From: Podarcis bocagei
Lineage: Eukaryota
Assembly (NCBI GenBank): GCA_964188305.1
Contig: OZ076886.1
DNA: 64,000 nucleotides
Strand: one strand, 5' to 3'
The stretch's first letter is position 1, and the number at the start of each line of letters is the position of its first letter. Under the pieces are notes generated by a model, which worked only from the letters and a program-made list of their open reading frames with translations, did no database searches and was not told where the DNA came from. Both the position numbers and the translations under genes were made by a program. Shown in pieces: positions 11,401 through 60,290 of this stretch.

Positions 11401-12460
11401 TGCAACTCCAGTTAGGGCGGGGAAGAAGCCCCAAAGGGTGCCAAAACACCCTCCCCAAATGAGATCCGACCTTCATCAGATCGCATAACATAGGAGCCAA
11501 CTCCTAGGGGCCGAGGTACCTTTGCTCCCGTCCCTTAAAATATTTGAGGGGGACAGCCCTCCTCCCCGCAGTTGATGGGCATTGCCATTCAAATACGCCA
11601 TGCCATGTGACCATAGACATATTTTTAGCTGATTTAGCGCCCCCTCACTTGCGCCCCTGGCAGGGGCCCACCTTACCACCCCATAGCTACGGCCCTGAAT
11701 ACGATTACTTATTATCTATTTGGTGACGCTGCAGATATTTAAAAAATGGAACAAAGATCACAGTCTGTTCCCTGGTTGCTTTTGTGTCCTGTTCGAATGC
11801 ATTGGGTTGCTCTTTAAAGTAAGATTTTCATGCATTCCCAACTTGAAGATGAAAACTGTATATTGTTACTGAAAGGATTCTTAAGAAATCACAGGACTTG
11901 GTGTGCTCCTAAGATGGCAGATCTCAAAAGTCGTAAGAGGAATGACATTGGAGGCTGCCAACTGCCGTTGCCACTTTCTCATAGTTAATGGTATACCAGT
12001 TCAAGGGAGACAATTTATCACACAGATTGTCTTTCAAAAGCTAACTTAAAATTTCTACAAGAAATGCAAAATAATAATAATTAATTAGCCCTGTTTTACT
12101 GTTGGTGAGTTGACCTCTTAATGTTGAACAGCGGTCACCTTGACGAACAGGAAGTACCTTGCGCATTTTTTCACATGCCTTTCTCAACCAGATGCCCTCA
12201 AGATGTTTGGCTCAAACTTCCATCGGCCCCAGTGAGCATAGCCACCAGTCAGGAATAATGGGATTTGCTGTCCAACAACGACTAGATGTCGATAGGTTAG
12301 GGTAACCTGTTCTAGGTTCTTCTGTGGTATTGGTCCTGCTGTAAAATCTTTACTTATATTGATTGCACTCCTTCCCTCTATAGGTTCATCTTCTGTGGTG
12401 GTTTGTGGGGATTAGTCCAATCCTACTCACTTCTCTTAGCATTTCCTTTGCAGTGAGATA

Positions 12461-12589
12461 ATGGCTTCCAACACAGAGCGCACATTCATTGCCATCAAGC
12501 CTGATGGAGTCCAGCGGGGAATCATAGGTGAAATCATCAAGCGATTTGAACAGAAGGGATTCAAACTGGTGGCTATGAAATTTATGCAT
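12461..12589 (+). CDS. NME2: NME2 first coding exon (exon starts 12454, ATG 12461)
   Basis: ctttgcag|TGAGATA ATG; CAT|gtaagt donor. Confidence 0.95.
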
Positions 12590-15500
12590 GTAAGTTTAAT
12601 CTTGGTAAATGGTGCAGTAAAGCAGGATTAGAGAACCTTTTTCTGCATTGTATGTGTGTGTGTGTATGAGAGAGAAATCAGAGGCTGCAGGCCAGCAGTG
12701 GGCAGGGCCAGAACCAAAAAGTAGATCCATCTCCCTTCCTGTCTAGTAAGTTGCTGAGGGAGGAACTTTTCAATCCTACCAACTGCCTGAACTGATTGCT
12801 TGCAGAGGGTTTGTCCTCTTTCTGCTGCTCCATCCATTTCAGCTTCTCCCACCCTACCCTAATTGATAAGTTTAGTCATGATTTAGAACAGGGCTGAGGT
12901 GTACAACATTAGGCAGTAGTCATTCATCAATCTGAGGGACCCATCAAGTGAGTCATGATGCCAGTTAGCACCAGAAAGCTCATTATTGTGCTGTATATGA
13001 GGTGACCTAATGGAACTACCAGTGAGAGCTCAAAATCAAAGGTGGAGACGGAGGTGTGACCTTGTATTTGCGCTTTAAATTGTTTATTTCTGACATGACT
13101 TGAAATATTTCAACATTTGAATATCTTTTGCCTATACAGTCTTTTAAGTATCGGTTTATAGAATCATGGAATTGTAGAGTTGGAAGGGGCCATGAGGTCC
13201 AACCCCCTGCAGTGCAGGAATCTTTCACCCAAAGTGGGGCTTGAACCCACAACCCCAGGATTAAAATTCTCACGCTCTACTGACTGAGCTAAACAGCCTC
13301 GTGTTTTATTCAACCATGACATGGGTTGCAGATTGTGGATGATTTGAGCTCAAGTGCTGTTTCACTCAGAAATGTTTTATTTTGGGAGGGGGTATGCTCT
13401 CGAGGACACATATTTAGTGAAGGGTTGCACTGTGGTCTGCATGTGTGTTGTCTTTTGAATTTAGCTTATATAGCTGCAGGAAAGCTAAATATACCCTAGT
13501 GCCTATGTCAGGGAGTTTAATCCGGCTCCTGTGGCAGTTTATCTTCTGGGGTAAAATCCTAAAAAAAAGTTCAATAACTTCAATCCTTAACTTCAATCAG
13601 TGTATCTGAAGAAGTGTGCATGCACACGAAAGCTCATACCAAGAACTAACTTAGTTGGTCTTTAAGGTGCTACTGGAAGGAATTTTTTTATTTTGACTAT
13701 GACAGACCAACACGGCTACCTACCTGTAATTCAATCCTTAAAAAACTGAACAACTCTGGTTGGCCTCACTTCATCAAATCTGACCCTCTTTGAAAAAAGT
13801 TTGGGCACCCGTGGCCTATGCACACTTTTTGTAGCTTGCACAAGGCTAAGGCAGAGCAAAAGCTACTTTAGAAAACAAGACAAAAATGTATCCTAGTTTC
13901 AGTATGTGTCAAAATACAGCCTTTCAATACAAGCCTTGTCTTCCTGCTGTTTCAGTTTGGTAGTTGTCCCTTCCCTGCTAAGTACAGTAGGTTCTATTAA
14001 AACTACCTGTGTAACCCAATACATACAAGCTGGTATGACTTTGACTAGAAGGTTATACGGAGTAAGATAATATGCAACTTGTACAGCAGCAGCAGCATTG
14101 CTGGACGATCTGTTGGTACTGACTGTCCAAACTACCATTAGTTTGCTTTCTTATAGCCTAACTCTTGAGCTTAGTTACAAGTGCTTTGCTACTTGTTGTT
14201 TGGCACTGTATTGTCTCAGTGTTAGATGTCCTGCTTTTGGGCTTCCCATACCATATGCATTTTTGGTAGCCACTGGGAAACAAGATACTGACTAGACAGG
14301 TTTTGCTTTGATCCAGCAGGACTCTTCTTAAGTAACTTAGTTTAAGTAGGGGTGGCTCAGAGCAGCTCCTTTCTGCAGTTAATCATGAGGGTTAACCATC
14401 TCTTTTCTTATAGGCTTCTGAAGAGCTTCTCAAACAGCACTATATTGACTTGAAAGATCGGCCGTTCTACCCTGGTTTGGTTAAATATATGAATTCTGGG
14501 CCTGTAGTACCCATGGTAAGTGGTTTTATGTAAACTTAAACATTTCTTTTGTTTGTCTCTTTAGACCAGGGGTGGCTCATACCTGATAGTCTCCAGGTGT
14601 GGTTCCAACTTCCATTAGCCCAAACCAGTGGTCATATAGTTGTAGCCCAGCTGCCACAGGTTAGCTTACCTCTCCTTTAGGCCTTTGTGGAAAAGTAAAG
14701 AAAGGCGAGATGGTGCAAGTTAACTCCACTCTGAATTTATTACTTTGTTTTTTCTTCTCTGCTAACAGTGAAATGATTGGCTGTTTCCAAAATAATTTCC
14801 TCTTGCAGTCTGCTAACGCTGCTGCGAATGTTGTGCAGCCAGACCCTAACTTGGTTTACTAAGAAGTGAATCCACTTGGAATTGTGGTACTTGCAAGTGG
14901 GCATTCTTTGAACTGGCCTCTTCATCTTTCAGTTAGAAAGGGTAGAGAAGGAAAAAGCCCTAAACATTCCCCACCTTATTTAAAAAGAGAAACTCCCGGG
15001 ACCTGCTGCACAGATGTACAGCAAGGGTGTAATTCAGTGTTGTGCCATCACAAACGTTCTGTCTTCACAAGCATATCGGTTGCCTGACAAAATGACGCGC
15101 GCCCCCACAACGTGGTCTTCTGAGGATCTCTCAACCTGCCAGAGCTGGTTTCATTTCATGAAGAACATACTCCATAAGAAAAGCTCTCATCACTTCCATC
15201 TGGTCAAGTACTGTGGTTAAACATATGTGCTAAACCAGTTTATTCTTGCAGGTTTGGGAAGGACTCAATGTGGTGAAGACGGGCAGAGTGATGTTGGGGG
15301 AAACTAACCCAGCAGATTCCAAGCCTGGCACTATCCGTGGCGACTTCTGCATTCAAGTGGGCAGGTTGGTACTGGGATTGATATTTATCTGTATTAAATA
15401 AGACTTGCAAGGTGCTACTGAAGTACTACTAATTATCAAAACCTTTAAAAGAAAATGTTCAGAATACATGCCTCACTATTTAAAAGAGAATGGGTAGTGT

Positions 15501-16002
15501 AAGCATACCTCCAGCAGAATAAAATGCTTTTGTGTTAACAGGATAAATTGCGCGTTCTGCTTGCTTTTGTCAAACAGCTTAACTGTTCGCTTATTTAAGG
15601 TACTGATGATCAAGGGCTAGCTGATAGCCATTCATATACCCGTGAAACTACCTGTACAGTTGGCCGGTCATTTGATTAAAGGCGATGATAGGTTCATTTT
15701 GTGTGTGTGACTGAGAAATCCTTTAAGCTAAACTGACTGACTCTTGTGGATACTTTCTTATCAACCTAGACATTTCAAATGTGTAGGCTTAGCTGTCAAG
15801 CAGTCTGTTCCAGATTCTTATTTCAGAAATGTCTCTAAATGCTACACAAGTTTTGTAAACTGAATTCCTTGGTCTTCCCTGTAGGAACATCATTCATGGC
15901 AGTGACTCTGTGGAAAGTGCTCAGAAAGAGATCAATCTGTGGTTCAAGCCTGAAGAACTTGTGAACTACAAACCTTGTGCTCATGATTGGGTTTATGAAT
16001 AG
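12461..16002 (+). CDS. NME2: Nucleoside diphosphate kinase B, 153 aa, join(12461..12589,14414..14515,15252..15364,15885..16002)
   Basis: [153 protein letters not shown]; all introns GT-AG; total 462 nt. Confidence 0.95.
13158..13291 (-). mobile_element. tRNA(Lys-like)-headed SINE with CR1-type tail
   Basis: Minus strand reads TAGCTCAGTCAGTAGAGC...GGTTCAAGCCCC (A/B boxes) and ends CCCTTCCAAC...ATGATTCTAT. Confidence 0.75.
13591..13729 (+). mobile_element. Penelope-like element terminal repeat fragment
   Basis: Contains a hammerhead core; flanked by a 12-bp direct repeat TTCAATCCTTAA (13579-13590, 13730-13741); decayed relatives near 53590-53685 (-) and 55220-55330 (+). Confidence 0.7.
13602..13639 (+). 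ncRNA. Minimal type I hammerhead ribozyme motif
   Basis: GTAT-CTGAAGA-A-GTGTG(CATG)CACAC-GAAA-GC-TC-ATAC: all core nucleotides present, stem I GTAT/ATAC, stem II 5 bp, palindromic AGCT stem III. Confidence 0.75.
14414..14515 (+). CDS. NME2: NME2 coding exon 2 (ASEELL...VVPM)
   Basis: ttatag|GCT, ATG|gtaagt, 102 nt. Confidence 0.95.
15252..15364 (+). CDS. NME2: NME2 coding exon 3 (VWEG...QVGR)
   Basis: ttgcag|GTT, GGCAG|gttggt, 113 nt. Confidence 0.95.
15885..16002 (+). CDS. NME2: NME2 last coding exon (NIIHGSD...WVYE*)
   Basis: ctgtag|G, catalytic His 15895-15897, TAG 16000-16002. Confidence 0.95.
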
Positions 16003-16112
16003 ATTAGTCCTGGTGACAAGTTCTGCCTTCTTCCAACAAAGCATCTCATTCCACCCACCTGCTGTCCTGGGAGCAATTATCACGGTTACCTTTGTGATTA
16101 TTGGCATTAAGA

Positions 16113-16118
16113 AATAAA
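16113..16118 (+). terminator. NME2 polyadenylation signal AATAAA
   Basis: First canonical hexamer, 110 nt after the stop, followed by T-rich sequence. Confidence 0.75.
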
Positions 16119-16934
16119 ATATGAATTATTAGTTTTCATTTCTTCATTTTAGAGAAACGAAAAGGTAGCTTATGAACAGTTTCTATTGTAGAATTACTAG
16201 GAGTGCCGGTAAATTAAAAATAGCCTGGCAAATGTAACTATTGCAAATTAAAGCTTCACTGGAGCTTGTGCATTGTTTTTCAAAGTGGTTTAGGACTACT
16301 TTGTCCCCATTAGCCCTAGGCTCAGTGGTTTAGACCACAGCGCCCCCCCCCCCGTCCCTTCTTGCATTATTAGGTAGTCCTAAAAAGAAGAATGTATGGT
16401 GGATTAAAAGTAGGACCAGTAAGTACTAATTCAGCACGATCACATGAATTAGTTACCAATTTTCTTTTCTAGCTGGAGGATTTTTGGAACTTGTCCAAGT
16501 TCTTTTTAAGTTTTACTAAAGTTGATACAATAAACATCCAGGGCCACAGTATAAATTATTTCTAGCCCTTTAAAAGTCTCCTGTGAAAGGGTGCCTGCTA
16601 GCACTTTCCCACATGTTCTCCACACAAACCTACCAGTTTCGGGACGACATAAGAATTGTTGGAAGAAGAATGGGTGGAGGATCAATGGACCAACATGCTC
16701 AACTGATGTTTGGAAGTTGTGGTCATATGGCTGAGGTTTAACAGAGTTAAATCCAGACAGGACTGTACTAGTGCTTATTGGACTGACTGACTTTGATGAG
16801 ATTGCAATTTCACCATGAGACAGCAGCCTTATTGGCGTTCTGTGTGACCAGACTCTGGTTTTCTAAGCAAATTGCTGCTGTTAAGGATTCATGTTGGCGT
16901 CACCTGAAAATGAGAGAGGAAAAAGTCCACCCAC

Positions 16935-19900
16935 CTAGCTTTACTTTTAACATTTTTATTTTGTGTAAAAAAGGCAAATTTAGTGAATTATTTTCATCTT
17001 GTACACAAAGTTATAATTTTTAATGCTTTTTTTCACATCCATGCTTGAAAATTTGCAGTCTGGTAAAAATGAAAGTAACATTAATTTCATCAAAAGCATT
17101 TTCACTGAGTTATATACATTTCATTAGAGGTTTTAAAATGCTCCCATTTGACCACACAAGTTACCAGAAAATAAAAGATTAAATTTATACAGATATTGAT
17201 CTATATCAAATACATACAGAAATGATGTAAAAACCCTATTCAACTTTTTTTTTTTTAAAACTTCTGCCCTGATCGTTTTTCCAGGGCAAAAGTTGATGCT
17301 TTTTCTTCTTTTTTTATAAATGGCTGAGACTTTACTTAAATATGAAAATTAAAAAGAAAAAAAAAATCAATTTAATCACAGTTTTAATCCCTTTCCAATA
17401 AAGGATTGTTACCAAATATATTAGCACCATAATACAAATATTGATGGGAGAAGGTGTTCACATCACATAAAAATGACGACGACAATAAAAACGAACAAAC
17501 ACTGAAACCCGTGTTAGTATCAATAGAACAAGAAACTGATAACTGCTTTTGCTTTTGTCAGATTCAGCAAGGAAATTTAAAACAAAACAGGGTCAGCTGT
17601 AAAAAGAAGGAGCACTTACAATGCAACTTGACCTTGTCTGTGGTGCCTTCTTGTTTATATTTTAAAAAATGTGCGCCAAATACTGAAAATAGCTGACCCT
17701 TTGCATCAGTACAGGCATCAAATCCCTGACCAACTCTTTCCCCCTCCCCCAACACACCATCCCAATTTTGTGTTAATTAGTTCACAGTAAAATAAAGAGA
17801 ATGTTCTTCGAGCTAAATTATACAAAAAATGCATGCATACCAAAGCAATTAAACCCAGTACTAAGAAAGCTCACTGCCACCCAGTCATCATCTGCATTAA
17901 GAGGCCACAGACAAATGTTTCTTAGAATCAGCACTGAATAAACAAAGCGAAAGAAGTAATAACTCCAGGGAACTAAGCTGGAACAAGGGATTCATGAAGC
18001 AATTTTAATAATAGGTGTTTCTGCAAATAAGAAGTCTACCATACACACGTTATGTATTGGGATGTGGTATTCTGCCTACAGGCAGAAATTGGGGTGGATT
18101 AGATTGGCAGTGGTACCAACTTAACATGTATGCAGTTCTACCTCCAGAAACCCAAAGACTAGCAACGTAGCACTAATCAAGATGATCACCCTTGTAGCAT
18201 GGTTCTAGGTCTGACAAGGTCCAACAGGTCCCTGGGACTATTTCAGGTTGATGTGGTAAGGATCAAATGTGGCTATGGATGTTCCAGGAGCTGCCGTATT
18301 CAACAGAGGTAGGAGGAGGATTTCCACCTTTGATCCTGACAGACTGCATGACTAGCAGAAATCCAGCAGGTTCAGTGTTCAAAGCATTAAATGTGCAGTG
18401 ATGAAGAAAGCTGTACCTTCTGAACTTCTGCCCATTATATAGTTTTTAGATACGGAATTTCTGTCAGGTAAAAAGGGGGCAATTCCACCTAAAGGGTATG
18501 TTGTGTTGGGTGAAGCTCAAGATTGGATTTTATGACCATACAGGACCCAATTTATAAACAAATCTAAGCTCTCTTTCTGGCTTTCCTCTCCTCTTGACAG
18601 AGGACACTAGTCTAGGCCTTCTCCTGTATCTTTTTTTATATATTAAGCAGTATTATGCAAGTGGTCCCTACTGAAATCAGAAGAAATACTTGTACAAGGG
18701 CTACTCTAAATCTTTCCAAGTCAGACCCTATGAAAATACAGGCTCTGAACAATCTTGACTATGCCAGTCCTGCAGAGAGAGTATGCTGCCTTTATTAGGT
18801 GTGAGCAAGGCTAACAGAACTACACCTTAAAATGGGGGGGAAATTGATTCCAATTCTCTCTGGAGTCTCTGCCTTTTAGATCATTCTATCAACTGGCCTG
18901 ATGGCATGGATCATCCTTGGTTTTGAGAGGCACTGGTTTAAGGATTAACAAAAATACAGGGAGGGAGGGAGGAGGATTTCTTAGGTCCGTTTGTATGGTG
19001 ACTTTTCAAAATATTAGTTGAAATCTAGTGAACCCCTTTGTGGGTGTGTACACACAATGCAGTGTTTTGCTGCCTCCCTCCAAAGCGGCCCACATTAGAA
19101 GCTGCTTTACAAACTGGATAAGTTTCAAAAACAGCTGCAGTGCAGCATTTGTGGAAGCGGGCGGCCATTCTACCCAAGGAAAAGAAAATGAAGGCAGCTC
19201 AGTTAAGCCAAAATCTTTTTAGAGACAGAGAATATCTAATTATCACCTAAATTCACAAGTATTTGACACCTGATAATCAGTTTAAAAATATGTATACATG
19301 AAGCAGTCAAAAATGGCCCAGCTATAGGGGGAGGGGGGGAAGCCTAGAAATTGTTCTCATACATTCCTATACTATACAGAAAAAAATGTACTTCCAGTAG
19401 TTACAAAATTTTATACCATTATCCCCTCTTGCATAGAATGTGGTAAACCTTTGCATATCACCAATGGTATGTACCCAACAATAGAGCAAGTTAATTAAGA
19501 AAAGAATCAAAATTGCTGGTTTTCAACTTTCTATGCGTTTTTAAAAATTCAAAACATATGCCAAAAAATCATCTCTGGGGCTTTGCAAGTTGCCAATGTA
19601 AAGCATTAGGCTTAAAGTGTGTAGAGGTTAATCTATAGGATTACTTTCTTCTAAGTCCTACCCTAGAGTCAAGAATTTGACATTTATACTGCTCTAAAGA
19701 GGACCTGCAATGACCCAGAAGCAGTTACAGAACATAAGCAGTTAATTCCTGAGAGTTTAGTTAATGAACCTTACTGGTAAAAGCAAAACTCTTGACACGC
19801 ACCATCATCCTGTCACAACACCACAGTGTGGCAATGTCAGCATGTTAGTTCTGAGAATGAAGCCATCTGCAAATATCCACACAGATTCAACTCTCGGAGG

Positions 19901-20989
19901 AAAGATTCCAGGTTCTTCAGCATTCTTGCCACATCAGGCATTACGTGTTCTCGAAAACCTTTTGCTTGAAAATGGTGTCCGCAGCCAAGTCAAAGAAAGC
20001 ATGAGGCCTAAAAGCAGGGCCATGTCATCCTTAGGCAAGCCAGTTCAATTCATAACCCAAAAGCTCTTCCAAATGGGTAGGGAAAGCAAAATGACATGTC
20101 CTCTTCTATTTGCCTCAGCTGTGTCTTCCACCGGGATGGAAAGCAGGCCTGTCACAAAGTTTCTGTAGAAAAGGGCCTTTTGCGTCTGCCTCGTTTTCCT
20201 TACACAAGAAAAAAAAAGTCACAAACTCATGTCCATTTTGTAACCTCTCCAGCCGAAACGTGCTGAAGCTTTGCTAATCATTTCCATGAATATCTCAACA
20301 TTTTAAAATGTGAACAGGAAACCACAATGCAGCAGTATCCGACCCAAACCCAATGGCCTCCAAAAAGCTTGGACCTCAGCTTCGTTCTCCAAAAATTTAA
20401 GCCCAAACTCTTGAAAATTATGTTGCCACTTCCAGGAGGAACCCTTTCCAGACTCCATTCTTCCAACCTATTTTGGTATGTCTTCACCACCCCTAAGATC
20501 AGAATCCCATGATTTCACCATGGAAAAGACAGGGTATGACTAGTGTAGTTTGAAATTCAGAATCTCCCAGCTTGTACCAGAAGGCTCACTTGTTACAAAC
20601 AGTTCATTTGCTTTTTTTTTTTTTCAACTAAATACTACCACCTCATCTTCTTCAAAGGGTTTCCTGCAATCCTGCTATAATTAAGCTTTTAATTCTTACC
20701 AAAAAATTAGAATCTCATTTTTTTAACAATGCACAATAAATCTGAACTCGAAAATATTACAAAAATTCTTTTAAAAGCTTCAAATACAACACAAGTGTCA
20801 ATTATTTTTTAATAAATTGAAAAATCTTTTTCACTAAAATAGTTTCCTCATCCTCCAAAAATTCTGAATTGAAATCTTATCTGCAGTTAGCAAAGTGCCC
20901 TTAGTAGAAGCCATCAAACTGTATCTTCAGAATGGGAACATCAGTCTTGAAGAAAGGCTCTTTTTGTACCATCCTGCCCTGCTCTGCCC
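16935..20989 (-). other. MBTD1 3'UTR (~4 kb, AU-rich)
   Basis: Lies between the stop codon (20990-20992) and the poly(A) signal; largely free of recognisable transposons, with many U tracts on the mRNA strand. Confidence 0.6.
16955..16960 (-). terminator. Probable MBTD1 distal polyadenylation signal (AATAAA on minus)
   Basis: TTTATT on + at the end of a long AT-rich 3'UTR-like block. Confidence 0.6.
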
Positions 20990-58004
<37,015 letters not shown>

Positions 58005-59379
58005 CCCGAACGAATCACGTCTCTTCCTTTCAGATCTTGAAGAATGTTCAGTCTAAAAAGAAAAGCTAAAATGTTAAAACCTCTCAACAAAAGGATCTGA
58101 AAGAGATATTTCAGCATTTTAACAGGTTTCTACTGAATGTGGAAGATCCATACTATATAATCTTAAGTTACACAGAGAAACAACACATGTAGACAGACAA
58201 AATGAAAAGCAATTTGCAAGTGTTACATAGGTGCAATGGTATACAATAAACTAAAAATGAAATACTTTGCACTACACAAAGCAATATTCAGGATGAGCAC
58301 CCAACAAAATTATGTTCAATAGCCAAACACAAACATTTAATTTATTACCCTTATATATTCCACTGTAGAAATCACAGAAGAGCACTTAGGTTGCTTTACA
58401 TATAGGCAAATGTAAAGCAATGAGCTATACAAAAATTATGTTGGTTTGCTAGCTTCTCTATAGAATGCATCAGTCCTGAAGTTACGGATTTCAATTATGC
58501 CACCAAAGTCCTCAATAGTCTTTGCAGAATTCAAGGGTAAGTTTATCATGTGTTGGTATACCCAGCATTGTTTATCAACAGTTCATCCACTTTTGGCTAA
58601 CCAGCAGGCAGCATACATTAGCTGAAGTAGGCTAGGCTGAGACCAGGTGATTGGCCCAAGGTCACCCAGTGAGCTTCTTGGCTGTGTGGAAATTTGAACC
58701 CGGGTCTCCCAGGTCCTAGTCCGACACTCTAACCACTACACCACACTTGATGCAACCCCACGTAACAAACCAGAGAAGGGAATTAAGCTCACTGACCTAC
58801 CATTTTCTCTTCAGAAAACTGTGGAGCTTTTCTGTGGTATATTCTCATTTCACACCAGAACTAGAGAGAAAAGCCAGAGCCAGAGTGTATCATTGTTCTT
58901 CTTTGCAACTTCTAGGGTCCATTTCCCCCCTTTTGTTAGCCACTAAGCACAACCCACCCCTCATCTGTTTCCATCACATATTCTCAGTCTTTGAAGTAGA
59001 CTATTCCCATAAAGTTAATGATTTGTCATAGAAACACTTCCATGGCAACTGACAGAGATAGAATAATACAAGCATCACAAAAGTTAGATTTTATATGAAT
59101 GGCTGCTCTACCATGCGCAATCTCAGAATGCCATTAGTAAGGAGATATCCCTTGCATACTGCAGATCATGCTACACATTTTATTTGCTAAAAAAAAATGC
59201 CACTCCTGAAATCATTGTAAAAATAAAATAATAATTCCAGTTTTTATCCACATATCAATAGCACCCCAATCCATAAATCAGACAATCCCATTCTATGGCA
59301 GGATGGACAAAGTAGTTCCTTATGATATACAGTAGTATATAGTTGAACAGAAGTCATCAAATGCTACCTTCCAATATTG

Positions 59380-60290
59380 AGCAATTAGGAAGGAGCAGAC
59401 CACTGAAAAATAGTGTCTTCCACTCATAACAGTTCCAGACCTGTCAGCAGTATTTGAATGTCCAACATTTAGAGCAATACACTTTTCAAAGGCATTCCCA
59501 AGAAGAGGGCATTACAGTATTCCAAATGGCATGTAACTAAGGCATGTGTCACTGTGGTCAAATCAGACATCTCAAGGAACAGGCACAGCCAGCACCCTAG
59601 CTTTAGCTGTGCAAATGTACTCCTGGTCACCAAAGAAACCTGGGCGAACATGATCAGGGCTGAGTCCAGGAGTATGCCCAGACATAGCAAACGTGTGTCT
59701 TCAGAAGGAGTGCTATCCCACCTAGCACAGGTGGAATCTCTGTTCCCTGTTATGCCTTCTGACTGACCAAGAGCATCTATGTCTTGCCTACCTGTAGATT
59801 ACATTTCAATTTGCTCACCCTCATCCAGTCCATTACTGATCACAGACACCAGTTAACAGCTTCCTTGGATTTAGGATTTAGGTGGAAAGGAGAAATAGAG
59901 CTGAGTGTTATCAGCATACTGGTGACACTGAACCCTGAAACTCTGGACTACCTCTCCCAGTGGTTTCATGTAAATGTTAAATAGCATGAGGGACAAAACG
60001 TAACATCAAGGGACTGCGCAAGCCAACAGCCAAGGTGTCAAACAAGAGTCCCCCAGCACTAACTTCTGGGTTGGCCCCTCCTGGATGGAATGGAACCACT
60101 GTAAAACAGGGCCTCCAAGTCCTATCCCAGCAAGGCTACCACGGTCAATGGCTTTGAAAATCACCAAGAGGTCCAGCAGAATCAACTGGGACACACTCCC
60201 CCTGTCCAGTTCTCATCGTTAGGTTATCCACCAAGGCAACCAAAGCTATCTCTGTCCCATAACTATTATACTGCTTATGACTATTAGACA
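59380..60290 (-). mobile_element. Decayed L2-type LINE fragment
   Basis: Peptides THALVTCHLEYCNAL, LILLDLLVIFKAID, YGTEIALVALVDNL; boundaries approximate. Confidence 0.8.

Noticed and set aside
10531-11500. ORFs up to 192 aa over the NME2 promoter
   Set aside because: CpG-island composition with low stop frequency; no recognisable domain; they cross the exon-1 donor.
13215-13291. tRNA-Lys gene
   Set aside because: Degenerate stems and fused to a CR1-type tail, so it is a SINE head.
19764-20168. 134-aa ORF on +
   Set aside because: Antisense to the MBTD1 3'UTR, no recognisable homology or splice structure.
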